Shown: positions 46,811-60,392, numbered from the stretch's first letter. The stretch is DNA of 64,000 bases from Eledone cirrhosa (GCA_964016885.1 OZ024741.1:159712001-159776000); one strand, 5' to 3'. Notes: generated by a model from the sequence alone, not told the origin. Numbers and translations: made by a program.

Positions 46811-47329
46811 AGTTTCATACAATAAGAACACAGGGTGGGGTGGGGGGTTGTTACAGAGGAGATTTATTGCTCAATCCTGGTTACAAAGGTTTCTCAAGCA
46901 GCTGGCTCGTGATATGCGATAGCACCCCCAGACCAGATCTGCCTGATCCTCAGACCAGTGTTAACACAACACAAATCACATCAAATCTGTGGACGATGGG
47001 CAGCGAGGTTTGTCGGCGCTGTATCTGTGAGAGTGTGGAGATCCTCAAGCTACTCAGGCGGACGATCAACTCTAGGTTCGAGATTCTGAGTAATTGAACG
47101 CATCGAAGGACCCATCTGTTCGCCAATCTCGCAGGTGGGCGGGCGCACCGCGAGGGGCCGCTGTTTTATTTAGGGAGCTACCGACCCTGTCATGCCACGG
47201 TAGCCCCATTACTCGTCCCAGGGCACCAACACTCTCTTTCTTGCATTTTTTTGTGAGTGTATTTTTGTGATGTGTATATATGTATATGTATGTATTTGTA
47301 AGTGTGTATGTGTATATATATAATTATGC

Positions 47330-47596
47330 AATAAATAACACAATATAATTATTCCATTACCCAAGGTTTTACGAAGTTAGACGATTCTAACAGAAACGCC
47401 TGTTTCGTTCATCAGATGAAATATTTCAGATGAAAAGATATTTCATCTGATGAACGAAACAGACGTTTTCGTTAGAATCGTCTAACTTCGTGAAACCTTG
47501 GGTAATGGAATAATTATATTGTGTTGTTTATTACATAACTAAATAGCTCTGTACTATACATAGAGCACTCTTCTCTCCTTTACTACGGAAATATTT

Positions 47597-47600
<4 letters not shown>
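47330..47600. mobile_element. Fold-back element (F1-related) with a hammerhead ribozyme
   Basis: Inverted repeat 47330-47532 plus the shared tail ATAGCTCTGT.CTATACATAGAGCACTCT. Confidence 0.8.
47439..47512 (+). ncRNA. Type I hammerhead ribozyme (GUA cleavage after 47504)
   Basis: UAUUUCAU CUGAUGA ACGAA...UUCGU GAA ACC-UUG-GGU A AUGGAAUA; all three stems pair. Confidence 0.85.
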
Positions 47601-47675
<75 letters not shown>

Positions 47676-47828
47676 TGACTTTCGTCAAATCGGACCGAGG
47701 AAACAATGTTTCGTCGGTCTTTCCAGATACTAATACTATCTCTCGGTCGCAACTCCAGGAGCAACGTGAAATAAAGTGTCTTGCTCAAGGACATAACGCA
47801 TCGCCCGGTCCAGGAATCGAACTCACAA

Positions 47829-47920
<92 letters not shown>

Positions 47921-48647
47921 ACGTGTGTGTATGTGTATATATGTGTATACATGTATATATATAGACATGTGTGTGTGTGTGTGTATGTATATGTAAGTGC
48001 ATGTACAATTTCTACGTGTGAGAGAGTGTGTGTGTGCGTAGGTATTTTATGCACGTGTGTGTGTATGTGTGTGATCGTGTATACGTAGATATATTTCTTT
48101 ATTTCTTTAATTATATCCGTTAATTTTGTTTTTGTTTTTGTTTATAAAGGTTTTTCTTGTCTCGGCCCGTGTTTGGTCATTCTACATACTTGTTTGTGTT
48201 CTGCTAGTTCGTCCACAGATTTGATATGATTTTTGCTGTGTTAACACTGGTTTGAGGATCAGGCAGACTTGGAGTCTGGTCTGGGAGTGTCATCGCAAAT
48301 CACGAGTCAGATACTTGAGAAACATTTGTAACCTGGATTAAGCAATAAATCTCTTATGTAACATCCCCACTTTGTTCTTATTGTATACATTCTGCTCTGC
48401 ATCGAGTACAGACTTTGGTTCTCTCACCAGTTTTCTTCGGATTTACTGAACTTTCTGTATATATATATTATATAGATATATATAATCAAATTACCTACCC
48501 AGACGTAATCGAATTTCTCATTAATTAACGTATAAGTATGCACTCTATTTTGTTGGGTTGGTGTCTTAATTACTTAATAATACAGACTTAATTAAATTAT
48601 TGACTTAGTGAGAAAACGACCGAGGCTGTGTCGGTCCTATTCGATAG

Positions 48648-48678
<31 letters not shown>

Positions 48679-48682
<4 letters not shown>

Positions 48683-49000
48683 TTCCCCGGTATTCACGGG
48701 GGTTACGTTCCTAGGGCACCCGCGAAGAGTGAAAAACCGCGAATATTGGACGTGGTTCATAAAAATGCCTATAAACGTCAAAACATAACGTAAAATATAG
48801 GTTGGCAAATACGGTATATTGTTATTAATAATTTAGCGTTAAAAAGTGTGAAAAAAATATATATTGCCACGAAAAAAGCTATAAAAAGATCGCGGAAGAT
48901 ATTTACGATTCCGCGAATATGCGGTGGTTTCCACGAACAATTATTAGTTAGGTTCTAAAGAAAATTCCGCGAATAACCGGGGCAACGAATGCCGGGGTAA
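48679..49000. mobile_element. Tigger/Tc1-mariner-like MITE in (TA)n
   Basis: Imperfect TIR TTATTCCCCGGTATTC / GAATGCCGGGGTAA; internal CCGCGAATA motifs. Confidence 0.6.
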
Positions 49001-49015
49001 TATATATATATATAT

Positions 49016-49057
<42 letters not shown>

Positions 49058-49739
49058 ATTACTCTCCCGTGTCTTACAATTAACTTGTTAGTAATTTCTA
49101 TTGACAGGCTAATTGTATAAATTTATTTTAAACTACTCGGTTGAGAACGTATTACTTTGCCAAATCTGGGGTTATTCCCCTTGTGATTTCCACACTTGGT
49201 TTAACTTACCACCGTGTCATTCACTTATTTGGTACAGAGCGAAATTACCTGTTGATAACGTGATATTCCTTGTTCGATCGTTATACATAAAGCTTATATT
49301 TTTAAGCAGACTGTATTTTGATTTAGGTGTCACAGAAACTCTACATCGGATTTAACAGCAATTCCGGGAGTCCAGGTCTGGTTATCACTTATTTTTTAAT
49401 ATTTTTTATCATTTATTTTGTTTTGACCTGTTTAGCTTGTTTTCGTTTTTGCTTTCTTGACCACCTTTTCAGTTTTGTATGGCTTCTTAACACATTGTTT
49501 AGCTCTGGTTTTTAACTATTGAGCACTTTTCCAGTATTATTTCTGATTTTTGCGTTTCGCTTCGCTTTTCCTGCCCACCGAAAATGCGATTATCGCTGAA
49601 TCTTTATTTATATATATATATATATTTATAGTTAGCACCCCAAACACTAAATTGGGATTATACTTAGGTATATCCTAATGTTTGTTGAGTGAGATGGAGT
49701 TGGTCAGAGTATGGCTTAAAGCTTTCTCTGTTAATGTAT

Positions 49740-49771
<32 letters not shown>

Positions 49772-50351
49772 CGTAAATAAGACCGTCCAATCACTCCATA
49801 AACATTCAGCAAACACCCTAAACCGAACACCAGCCTATACTCATAACCTCTGCCAAGCCAAACCAAACCGTACTCACCTTCCAAATTCAGCAAATCTAAC
49901 ACGGACAACCCGTTTTCCCAAACTCGGCATACGTAACCGGACTGCATCAGCCATCAAATGAGGAAGACAGACGTTATCAAGCTACAGCTGTCATATTACT
50001 TAGTTTCTATATAATAAATTCAAAGCTATCTGCAGCGACTACGAACGCATTACGTTAAGGGTATGTTGGTCACAGTAGTTTCATTAAAAAAAAAACAGAC
50101 TAGGAGATGGAGAACACTTATTTCTAAAGCCTGCGTTTATGGCATCTTCTGACATGTGGCAACATCGTGTACCGGTACATGGCGTAGGTTTGCGTTGTAT
50201 GGCACAGACAACTGGCTGCTTTAAACAAATCATTTATACAGGTTGTTAGCTAAATGAGCTGTGTACCTTGGCATCGTGTGTACTTTTTATACACGAGGAG
50301 TTATAACCGTATAATATCTACCGAACACTCATCAGTCGTTTAATCATTGTA

Positions 50352-51329
50352 CAGGGTGGTCCAAAAGTCTTGTCACCCCTACATATTGTTTTAACTTTCA
50401 TTATTTTTTGTTTTAAGGTACTAGTAATACACTTGGGATAATTGCTGGCCTTGTGCCAAAAGTATAAACAATTATTTTTTGTTTTAAGGGCGGTGAATTG
50501 GCAGTATCGGTAGAGGGTCGGACGCCATGCTTTGACGCATAGAGTTACGGCCCTTGTTATTCTGAGTTCAAATCCCACCGAGGTTTACTTTGCCTTTCAT
50601 CCTTACGGGGTCGATAAAATAAAGTACCAGTAATGCACTGGGTAATTGCTGGCCTTGTGCCAAAAGTAGAAATAATTATTTTTTGTTTTAACAATATAAT
50701 ATATAATATCATTAATTATAATATAAAATTGTTTCTACTTTTGGCACAAGGCCAGCAATTACCCAGTGCATTACTGGTACTTTATTTTATCGACCCCGTA
50801 AGGATGTAAGGCAAAGCTAACTTCGGCGGGATTTGAACTCAGAATGGCAAGGGCCGTAAGTCTATGCGTCAAAGCATGGCGTCCGACCCTCTACCGATAG
50901 TGCCAATCCACCGCCTTCATTAATTATAATATATAATAATAATTGTTTCTACTTTTGGCACAATTATTATTTGGCCAGCAATTATCCCAGTGCATTACTG
51001 GTACTTTATTTTATCGACCCCGTAAGGATGAAAAGCAAAGTTAACCTTGGCGTTTCATCCTTACGGCGTCGATAAAATAAAGTACCAGTATATAATATAA
51101 TTTTCTATTTCAGATGGCTGACACGAGCTCCTACTGTTTGGAAGAGAGGCTGCTTGCAAGTGTACCGACACATGATCGTGTGCATTCTGGCAAGAGCATG
51201 GAGGATGTGCGACATGACTTCACTGCAAGATTCGGCAAACCAGCTCCTCGAAGAGGACGGTACTGCGTTGGGAACATAGACTGTTTCTCACAGGATCTTT
51301 TGGTAGGAGGTGACAAGACTTTCGGTCTG
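50352..51329 (+). mobile_element. Internally deleted Tc1/mariner-like DNA transposon with nested SINEs
   Basis: TA-CAGGGTGGTCCAAAAGTCTTGTCACCCCTAC ... GTAGGAGGTGACAAGACTTTCGGTCTG-TA; N-terminal HTH-like transposase remnant (YCLEERL...VRHDFTARFGKPAP) at 51114-51255. Confidence 0.7.
50487..51090. mobile_element. SINE cluster: + copy 50487-50680, - copy 50727-50917, partial - copy 50941-51050
   Basis: Same SINE family; tail-to-tail inverted pair. Confidence 0.85.
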
Positions 51330-52070
51330 TATATTAGCGAACAACCTGTACAAGTTGCCATCAGTGACATCGCATCTCATTTCTACAACGGCAAATCGAA
51401 CTCACAACCTCAGGATTGTGAGCTCAACACTCTAACCACGAACCCAGGCGTCTTCAGTTTTATATACATAGTTCTATATATATCTATTATCATCACACGA
51501 AAACGTAAACTTTCACCTTTCTTTCTAGTTTATTTCTGTTTTATTTCTTATTTCTTATTCTATTTCCTTCTCTCCTTGATTCTTCTATTTTTCTTACTTT
51601 CCATCATTCATGGATTCTTTCTTTCTTTCGTTCTTTCTTTCTTGCTTCTTTTTTCATTCTGTACAGAAATGTTTTATGTCTTTCTCGTATACATTTTTTT
51701 CAGTCATTTTATCAAGGGAAAAGAGGAAAAATAAAAAAGAAGAAAGAAAAACAGACCAACAACAATAAATAAAACGAAATAAACAGAAACAACAACAACA
51801 ACAATAACAACAACAACAAGGCCAGTGAATCGAAATAAAAAAAATCAAACAAAACCAACATAACAACAGAAACAATATTTGTGTATCTTTATAACATTAT
51901 TTCCTCTATAATGGTGGTATCGGCTCTTTTTTGTTGTCATTGTTTTGGCTGGAATCTTCTTCAAAAGATCTCTAACCATCATCATAATCATCACCACCAC
52001 CACCATCATCATCCAGTGTCCTTTTATAACACTGCTTCATCTCCTGATACACACACACACGCGCATAAAA

Positions 52071-52133
<63 letters not shown>

Positions 52134-52163
52134 GGAGGGAGAAAGAGAAGGAGAAAATATATA

Positions 52164-52331
52164 CAGGTAAAATTCTGTTATAACGAATTTTTCAGTATAA
52201 CGAAATTTTTCAATCCCCGAGGCAATAACAAACAAATGGTCGATTTCTTTCGGTCGATTCCCGTTATAAAGAATTTTTTGTTACGACCTTTTTTTATACC
52301 CCATGAATTTCGTTATAACGGAATTTCACTG
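52164..52331. mobile_element. Tigger-like MITE
   Basis: TIRs CAGGTAAAATTCTGTTATAACGAATT / AATTTCGTTATAACGGAATTTCACTG; TA TSD. Confidence 0.8.
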
Positions 52332-52363
<32 letters not shown>

Positions 52364-53310
52364 GCAAAGGGATATTTAATTTGTTGGTAATTCAACAAAT
52401 ATATTTATAACAGATTCGAAGCACTCGACAAGTTTTCTGTGATATTAATAAATGGAAACTATAGTTTCCATTTATTAATATCACTAGCAGAAAAACCACC
52501 CCCTTCGAGTGGTTTTCTGCAAGCATGTGTAGTGTGTATATTGATATTATATGCAGGTATATATACATGTAGATATGATACATCAGATAAAATCGTAATT
52601 GACAATATATAATACATAGAAATTGAACGAAGACTGCGTTACACTGTCTTATTTAATCAGTAACGTAATCCATGATACATTAAAAAAGACGATATTATAT
52701 ATAAACTGCATTAGGAGAAAATTAGTGACAGAAAATTAGTATGTTTATTTAAGCGATGGCCAACCGGAAATGTTGACATTTCAGAAATTTTAAAGAAGTG
52801 AATCTTTAAATAAACAACATATATTTAATGAACACCCACGAAATTTAGTAGATACATTATGCAATATTCATTCATTATTTATTCAAAGCAATCCGATTTA
52901 TTTTACTAATGGGATAAAAAATTATAAACTGTACGCATATATCTATATCAATCTAAACTATAATAGAGTAAGGAGCGCGGGATTGCGTACGGTTTATAAT
53001 TTTATATATATATATATATATGTATATATATAAATATATATGTAAACGGAAAAAATGAAACGAAATCTCATTTTCCACTCTTAGTACGGCTGTTACTTAA
53101 ATATAAGTATGTACACGTACATACATATATGTATACAGACGTACAGTAGTATGTATATATATACACATACATGCACACATATATATATATGCACGTATGG
53201 ATTCACCGAACATTTATTATAATGCTCGGTGTGTTTGTAAACAAACATCCCGTATTAAGCCGTAGTGTCTAGCAACCATCGTTGCTCGTTTGTTCAACAC
53301 TGACAAAGGA

Positions 53311-53353
53311 ACGCTGTACTAGTTTCAAGCTTATTAGCTATCGTCAGCAACGT
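53311..53353 (-). ncRNA. Minimal type I hammerhead ribozyme, unit 1
   Basis: ACGUUG CUGACGA U AGCU-AAUA-AGCU U GAAAC UA GUA CAGCGU; palindromic stem III ACUAGU. Confidence 0.8.
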
Positions 53354-53730
53354 ATACCTTCCTGCCAGATTGTTGAACGTATATACTTACCTTATGCATA
53401 TTAACGGCTGAGTAGCCCAATTTGCATATCGAGTGGGTTAATCGGCCGGGTGCACCGAAAACGATAAACGGATAAAATGAAACGAAATTTCATTTTCCAC
53501 TCTTAGTACGGCTGTTACTTAAATATAAGTATGTACACGTACATACATATATGTATACAGAGGTACAGTAGTATGTATATATATATACATACATGCACAC
53601 ATATATATATGCACGTATGGATTCACCGAACATTTATTATAATGCTCGGTGTGTTTGTAAACAAACATCCCGTATTAAGCCGTAGTGTCTAGCAACCATC
53701 GTTGCTCGTTTGTTCAACACTGACAAAGGA

Positions 53731-53773
53731 ACGCTGTACTAGTTTCAAGCTAATTAGCTATCGTCAGCAACGT
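53731..53773 (-). ncRNA. Minimal type I hammerhead ribozyme, unit 2
   Basis: Same motif exactly 420 bp away; one loop II substitution. Confidence 0.8.
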
Positions 53774-54325
53774 ATACCTTCCTGCCAGATTGTTGAACGT
53801 ATATACTTACCTTATGCATATTAACAGCTGAGTAGCCCAATTTGCATATCGAGTGGGTTAATCGGCCGAGTGCACCGAAAACTTTAAACGGAAAAAATGA
53901 AACGAAATTTCATTTCCCACTCTTAGTACGGCTATTACTTAAATATAAGTATGTACACGTACATACATATATGCTAGACACTACGGCTTAATAGAACATA
54001 TCACATTGAATCTGATCTCCTTGAATCTGATCTCCTCCACCATCACACTTTTGGCCAGCATATATTCACACAGAATTATATATATATGTATATATATATA
54101 TGTATGTATGTATGTATGTATACGTACATACATATATGTATACAGACGTACAGTAGTATGTATATATATATACATACATGCACACACATATATATATATG
54201 CACGTATCGGTTTACCGAACATTTATTATAATGCACGGTTTGTTTGTAAACAAACAATCAGCCCAAATTATGCCGTACAGAGTTTAGGTAACCACGTCAC
54301 CTTTTTGTTCAACACTGACACAGGA

Positions 54326-54368
54326 ACGTTGTACTAGTTTCAAGCTTATTAGCTATCGTCAGCATCGT
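54326..54368 (-). ncRNA. Minimal type I hammerhead ribozyme, diverged unit
   Basis: ACGAUG CUGACGA UAGCUAAUAAGCUU GAAACUAGUA CAACGU; core intact, one mismatch in stem I. Confidence 0.75.
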
Positions 54369-54526
54369 ATACCTTCCTGCCAGATGGTTGAACGTCTTAA
54401 AGTATATACTTTCCTTATGCATATTAACGGCTGAGCAGCCTAATTTGCATATCAAGTGAGTTATATACATATATATATAAATTAAATGGATTCAGTTTGA
54501 AACTGGTTAGACCATTACTCAACAGA

Positions 54527-54563
<37 letters not shown>

Positions 54564-54811
54564 TTTCTTTATTAACCACAAAGGTTTACATAAAGTAGAC
54601 ATTAAGGACAGTGCAGGACAATACAGGACGGTACAAATGGGCATTTCTGCATGTAAAAAACAAAAACAGAGATGTAACAAAAAAATAAAAATGAAAAATT
54701 CCCCAATATGGGGGAGACTTCGGAGGGACATTTGTGGAGAAAGCCCAGTAAAAGGCCACAGTGACCCTGACCACCAAGGCAAGTGCCCTCTCCCAGTTTT
54801 CCACCTTTAAT

Positions 54812-57800
54812 TTACAGATACGTACTCAGAGTAGGCCCATTCACTCGGGCAATTCTTGCTTCTCTCACCCATCTTTCAACAAAATGCTGGGAAGAGAGCA
54901 CTTCCCTCTCTACTCTGATTTTCCTTTTCAAATGAAATTTGAAAAAGTCAATCAGGGCATCACCGAAGAGGTAAGTGCTCGTCTTTAGCCCTTTCAAACG
55001 TGTCCACCATACTATCTCTTTCGCCATGGCCACCAGACAGATAAAAACTTCCTGCCCTTCCGGGCTAAAGGAAGAGGGCGGGGCAATCCTCACGATGGAC
55101 TCAGATGATAGCCGGATCCGTCCTACACGCGACAGCAGGTGTTCGACATAAACCCCCAAGTCAGCAATTTTCGGACACTGGATGAGTGCGTGCAGGACGG
55201 TTTCGTCGCCCTGCGCGCATCTCGGACATGCCCGGCTGACGGCACCTCCATGCCTGTAGAGTTTATCCCGAACTGGCAAGGCTCCTCGGTAGCACTGCCA
55301 AGCCAGAGATTTCTGGAAATTGTCCATAGGTCCCGGCCCGAAAGTTCTTCCGAAGAGATTGGCTAGTTGATTTTCGTCGACGCCTAGAGTTTCCCCAAGT
55401 ACGTCGTCGCTCTTCCCCTCCACTAATCCTCTATAGAACGCCGAGGTGGAGTTTCCACCGATCACATTGCCCGATTGGTCGAGGGCTGTGAGCGCCTGAA
55501 GACATTCCAGTCTCCAAGCGCTCCCTCTCGGTCTTCGCTTGACCCAGGACTGCAGCCCCGTCAAGGAAACGAGCTGGGGAAATACGTGTCTAGCAAACGG
55601 CGACCACACCTGATCACCGTCGAGGAAGAGGTGGAGATGTCGTAGCCTGAGCGCGTGTCTGCGCATCATCAGCCACGGCATGCCCAGCCCTCCACGTAGC
55701 GGGTGTTGACACCAGATGGACCGCCTGACCATCGGAGCGCGACCCTTCCACAAAAAGCGAAAGAGCAAACGCTCCAGCGCAGTCAGGCGGGGCTTAGGAC
55801 AAGGTACGACGGTCAGGCGGTAGCAGATGACAGACGCGATGTACGCGTTAGCCACCTCCGCTCGACCTTTCAGGGATAGCTTCCTCTCCGCCCATTTCTG
55901 GGTGAGAGAAGCCACCCTGCTCGTCACCTCGTCCCAGTTTTTGTCCGTCTGGAGGTCCGGACCGAACCAGACCCCTAGAAATTTAACCGGTCCGTCCGTC
56001 CAGCGTCCGACGACGCTGTTGGACGGCATGGACATGCCTCTCCAGGTGCCGAGCTGCAGGCCCACTGACTTTTCCTGGTTGATCATTGCTCCTGTCACCG
56101 CTTCGTATTCTCTTAGTGTAGTGCCGATCGCCTCGATGTGTTTGGCGTTCGACACCAATACGGTGACATCGTCCGCATATGCTAACACGGATCTTCCGCA
56201 TCCTAGTTCGCGCGGGACGCCCCTCAACGTCTCCAGTTTGTGCAGTAATGGCTCGAGAGTCAATACGTACAAGAGGGACGAGAGGGGACATCCTTGGCGG
56301 ACCGAGCGCATGATGTTGAACGGTTCCAAAAGGTGACCGTTCACTCTCACCACAGAGCAGATGTCACTGTGCATGGCAGCGATCCAGCCTCTGAAGACGG
56401 TCCCAAAGCCAGCCGCCCTCAGGACTGCCGCTAGGTAACGATGGTCGACCCTATCGAAAGCTTTCGACTGATCTAAATTGATCAAGGACCCACCCTTGCC
56501 AGGTTCCCTAGCTACCCTCTCTACGATGTATCGCATGAGGTGGAGGTTGTCGTGGATGGATCTGTCGGGAATGGCGCATGTCTGCGCCTCTCCCACCAGA
56601 CCACCAACGACAAGCGCCAACCTCTTTGCTAGCACCTTGGCCAAAATCTTGAACTCTGTGTTTAGCAGAGTTATGGGCCTGAAATTATCTATGTTATCCC
56701 CCTTGTTAGGATCCTTTCTCAGCAGTGCCACCGCTCCTCGGCTCACAGAACTGGGAATTCTCTCGTTCTGTTGCCAGTTGCAGTAGACGCCCGCCAAGAG
56801 GCCTCCGAACAAGTCTGGCATCTGTACGTAAAGTTCATAGGGCAGACCATCCAAACCAGGCGATTTACCCCTTGTGCAGCCAGTGATTGCCTCCCTTACT
56901 TCAGCGGTTGTTATCGGCTTTTCGCAACACTCAGCCTCAGTGGCCGAGAGCCGCGGCAGTCCGTCGAGGTAGACACTAAAGTCCATCCCTCGACCCGGCC
57001 CACCGCTGCCCCCCGAACAGCTGAGCGAAGTGTCGCTGAAAAGCTTCACACATTTGCCCGGGATCGAGTAGCATGCGCCCGTCGTGGTCCACCAAAGACC
57101 GGATCGTGGCTTTGTTGCCACGACGCGCCTCCGCCACTCGGGCCCATTGAACGGCTTTCGTCCCCTCGTGTCTGAGAGCATGCACCCTAGCTCTGACAAC
57201 GCAGCCTTCGTGCTTTGCATTGAAGAATTGGTCAAGGGCCAATTTCGCCGCAAGCACGTCGGTCGCAATGCCTTTGCTAAGCGCCTCGTCTAATTTTCTA
57301 ACTAGTTCTCCCTCTGCTCTATTTTTCTCTATTGCTAAAGACTTACTAAACCTAATCGATTCTATTCTAATCGCTCTTTTCAGAGCAAACCACCACTTGC
57401 TGTTGACGATGGCCCCCGTCAACGCCCGCTTAACTAGTTCGCTAATCCGGTCTCTGTAGGCCTTGCGCGCTGGTAAGGACGCGTTTAGCTTCCAGTAGCC
57501 GGGTCCTTGTCTATGAAGCCTATCTAAGTCAAGCAAACAGATCACGAATTTGTGGTCCTTGTAGCTCACTATCTTGAATTGTGGACAGCCTATGCTAGAC
57601 CTATCTATTTCCCTACAAAATACTCTATCTAGATATGATCTGGATGACCCTATACGATTTGTCCACGTCCACATTGGCACATTCGGGAAATCCAATCGGT
57701 ACTTGTCAGACAGTTCAAAACGCCTGAGCAGGTTGGTGAAGCTCTTGCACCCTCCACCCCTATCCACTAATCCCACACAGTCCCAGCGTGCATCTAAGAT

Positions 57801-58232
57801 CCCGTTCCAGTCGCCCACTAACACTAAAGAGCGGGACGTTCCAAGAAAGGTCTCCAGACGCCGGAAGAAATCAGGCCTCCCTGCTCCTGTCGGGGCATAG
57901 ACGGCCACTAGCCTGAAAGCTTGCCCGTCTCCGCTGGTCACGTCCAGCACCACCAACTTACCCTCTGGGTCCAGGAAGATGGCCCGTATGGCGAGATCCA
58001 AACCTCTCCGAAAAAGCACAGCAACTCCTCCCTCCGATCCAGGACGGCTGGGAGATGCGTACACATCGTAGCCGCCGAAGATCGGTGCGAAGGCCCGTGC
58101 TTCTGAGATTCTGGTCTCGCTGATGGCCACTACATCTATGTTTAGTGACCTGAGGTCGTTGAGCCGGTGACCATGCTTCCATGATGACCCCAAGCCACGC
58201 GCATTTATGCTGCCTATTCTGAGTGAGGTCAT
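54812..58232 (-). pseudogene. Tx1 ORF2 (APE + RT), split by one frameshift near 57010
   Basis: Motifs NARGL, SET, VGDWN, SYLD, KSPGLDG, QGCPLS, YADD, CPRC...ETVLH; frameshift at a G-run. Confidence 0.9.
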
Positions 58233-58267
58233 GTTTAAAATAGAGTGGAAAAGATGGGAAAGACCAC

Positions 58268-60392
58268 TTACCGTACTTTTCGTAGAGGAAGGATCGTTTT
58301 TCTATCCCTTTTCACTTGATCGTCTGGTGAAGGGACCGTTGAATCGTCGCTTCGGCTGGTCGTCGGCTCTTCTATGAGTATGTCTGAATATACTCTTCGG
58401 TTGATAGTCCCTCCTAGGTCTCTGAAATCACCAACTGCGTTGGGGAATTTCGTTTTAATGTTTGTGTATTGTTTCTGTGCTATTTTTAGCAGTCTTATGT
58501 TAGTTGGCGTTTTGATTGGTGCTGGTATTATATTGTCGTGTTGTGAAATGTCTGTGTGTTCAATTATGTAAGTCATTAGTTCCTTGTTGTGTGTATTTAT
58601 TGCCGTGCATTTGTTTTTCTGGGGGTGGGGTGGGGTTCTGCTATTTTCTTGTCGTTGTTGCTGGGTGTGTGTGTTTTGTAGTTGTGTTTGCGATGTTGGT
58701 GCTTGTGGTGGTGGTGTTGAAGGTGTTGTAGTTGTTGGCGGTGGGGTTGTCGCCGGTGGTGCTAATGTGGGTGGTGATGGTGTTGGTGGTGTTGCTGCTG
58801 TGAGTCTCTTTGCAGTAGCCTTTACCCTTTTTTCATTTCTTTCCTCCCTTTTCGAAGGCGACGATGCGCTGCTTCTGCGTTTGTGCCTTCTTACGACCTT
58901 GTGCCATCCCTCTCCCACCTCACACTCCATGTCTGATTCTGTGAGGTCGGGGAGGGGTACCAGCTCCACTCTTTCACTTGTTGTTGGTGATGTTTGCACT
59001 GGAGTCTCTGTTGCAGCTGCATTTGGTATTGCTGTTGTTGTTAATACTTCCACTGCTGCTGCTGTTTTTGATTTCCGTGGCGTGGGTATGGGTGCCACGG
59101 ACCTATCGTTCCTGGTTGCTGCTTGTCCTGTTGCTGGTAGCCGTGGAGCCGGTTTCGGAAGGAGGGGGGTTTTCTCCTTTCTCAGGGTCTTCTCGTTGCA
59201 GAAGGCCCTGAGGTGAGTCTTAGATCCACAGCGAAAGCATTTCGGGCGTTTGCCCTCAACACTTATGGGCAGTTGAGTGCCGTTATCGAAGTCTATCACA
59301 TCCGGGATAGCCTCGATGCACTCCTGGTTGGTTTGGATTAGCATCTCAATGGAGGTGCCGACCCAATCTTCTCTTACTTTTTTCTGTACTTGCAGTACAG
59401 TTGTTTTGTCCTCGATTCCGACGAGGACAGACGCGGCCAGCCAAGAAGGGGCCATCCCGGGGGGGGGGGGGGGGGGGGGGGACGTGCGTCAGTTTGACCC
59501 TCACAATTTTTTGCCCGCATTAGGAGGGCACCAACACCATTTCCTCGCTCCTTAGGGTCACTAAGGATTGAGCCTTTGCCTCCTGGGGTGTGGCAAAAAG
59601 TACGTCTACGGTGGCATATTTCTTGCCTCGGGTGATGTGCGTTTTCCGCTGCCACACAGACCCCAAGGCTTTTTGTATTTGAGCCTCTGTGGCTCTTTCA
59701 ACCCTACGGGATTTTGTACTTACTGTACGGTACGTGACCGTACAGTGCTGTTGGGTTTCGAAAAATTTTTCGGCTGCCTTGCAGATTGCTCGGTGTACGG
59801 TTTTTGTTACCATCTTCTTCGCTTCCTCTAATTCCTCATTTGTTATGAGGATGGTTTCCAGGTTCCTTGCGATACCTGCAAACGAGATTGGTTTTTCTTT
59901 GCTGCTGTTGTTGTTGTTGTCGTCAGAGCTGCTGTTACTTTTGTTGTTGCTGCAGGTACTACGACTACTGCCGCCGCCGCTGTTGCTGTGGTTGTTGTTG
60001 TTGCTGCTGTTGCTGTTGCTGCTAATGCTGTTGTTGTTTATGGTGCTGCTGATGCTGTTGCGGCTGCTACTGTTGTTTTCCTTGTTACTGTTGCTGCTGC
60101 TGCTGTTATTAGGGCTGCTACTGCTATTATTCCTGACGTCAGACGAATGAAATGGGTTTTCGTATTTCCCGCACACCTTTTTCGTCGTTGTCGTCGTCGT
60201 CGTAGAGAAATCTTGCACGCTTTTCACGTGATTTTTCTTTTCTGGCGTCGCTTGCGAAAGAGAAGGGAGGAAGAGAGACACATTTAGAGAAGGGAGGGAG
60301 AGAGACAATCTTCTCTCTGATGTAGGGACGATTGAGGAAGAAGAAGACGGAATGAGTGGGAGTGATCTATGAAAATTCTTTTTCGTAGCCAT
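58268..60392 (-). pseudogene. Tx1 ORF1 with an in-frame stop near 59520 and a frameshift at a poly-C run
   Basis: ISFAG motif and zinc knuckle homologous to copy A ORF1. Confidence 0.8.

Larger units (their letters stand above)
53044..54462 (-). mobile_element. Retrozyme-like 420-bp tandem repeat with minimal hammerhead ribozymes
   Basis: Units start near 53044, 53465 and 53886 (truncated), with a diverged partial copy at 54121-54462; three units carry an HHR on the minus strand. Confidence 0.85.
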
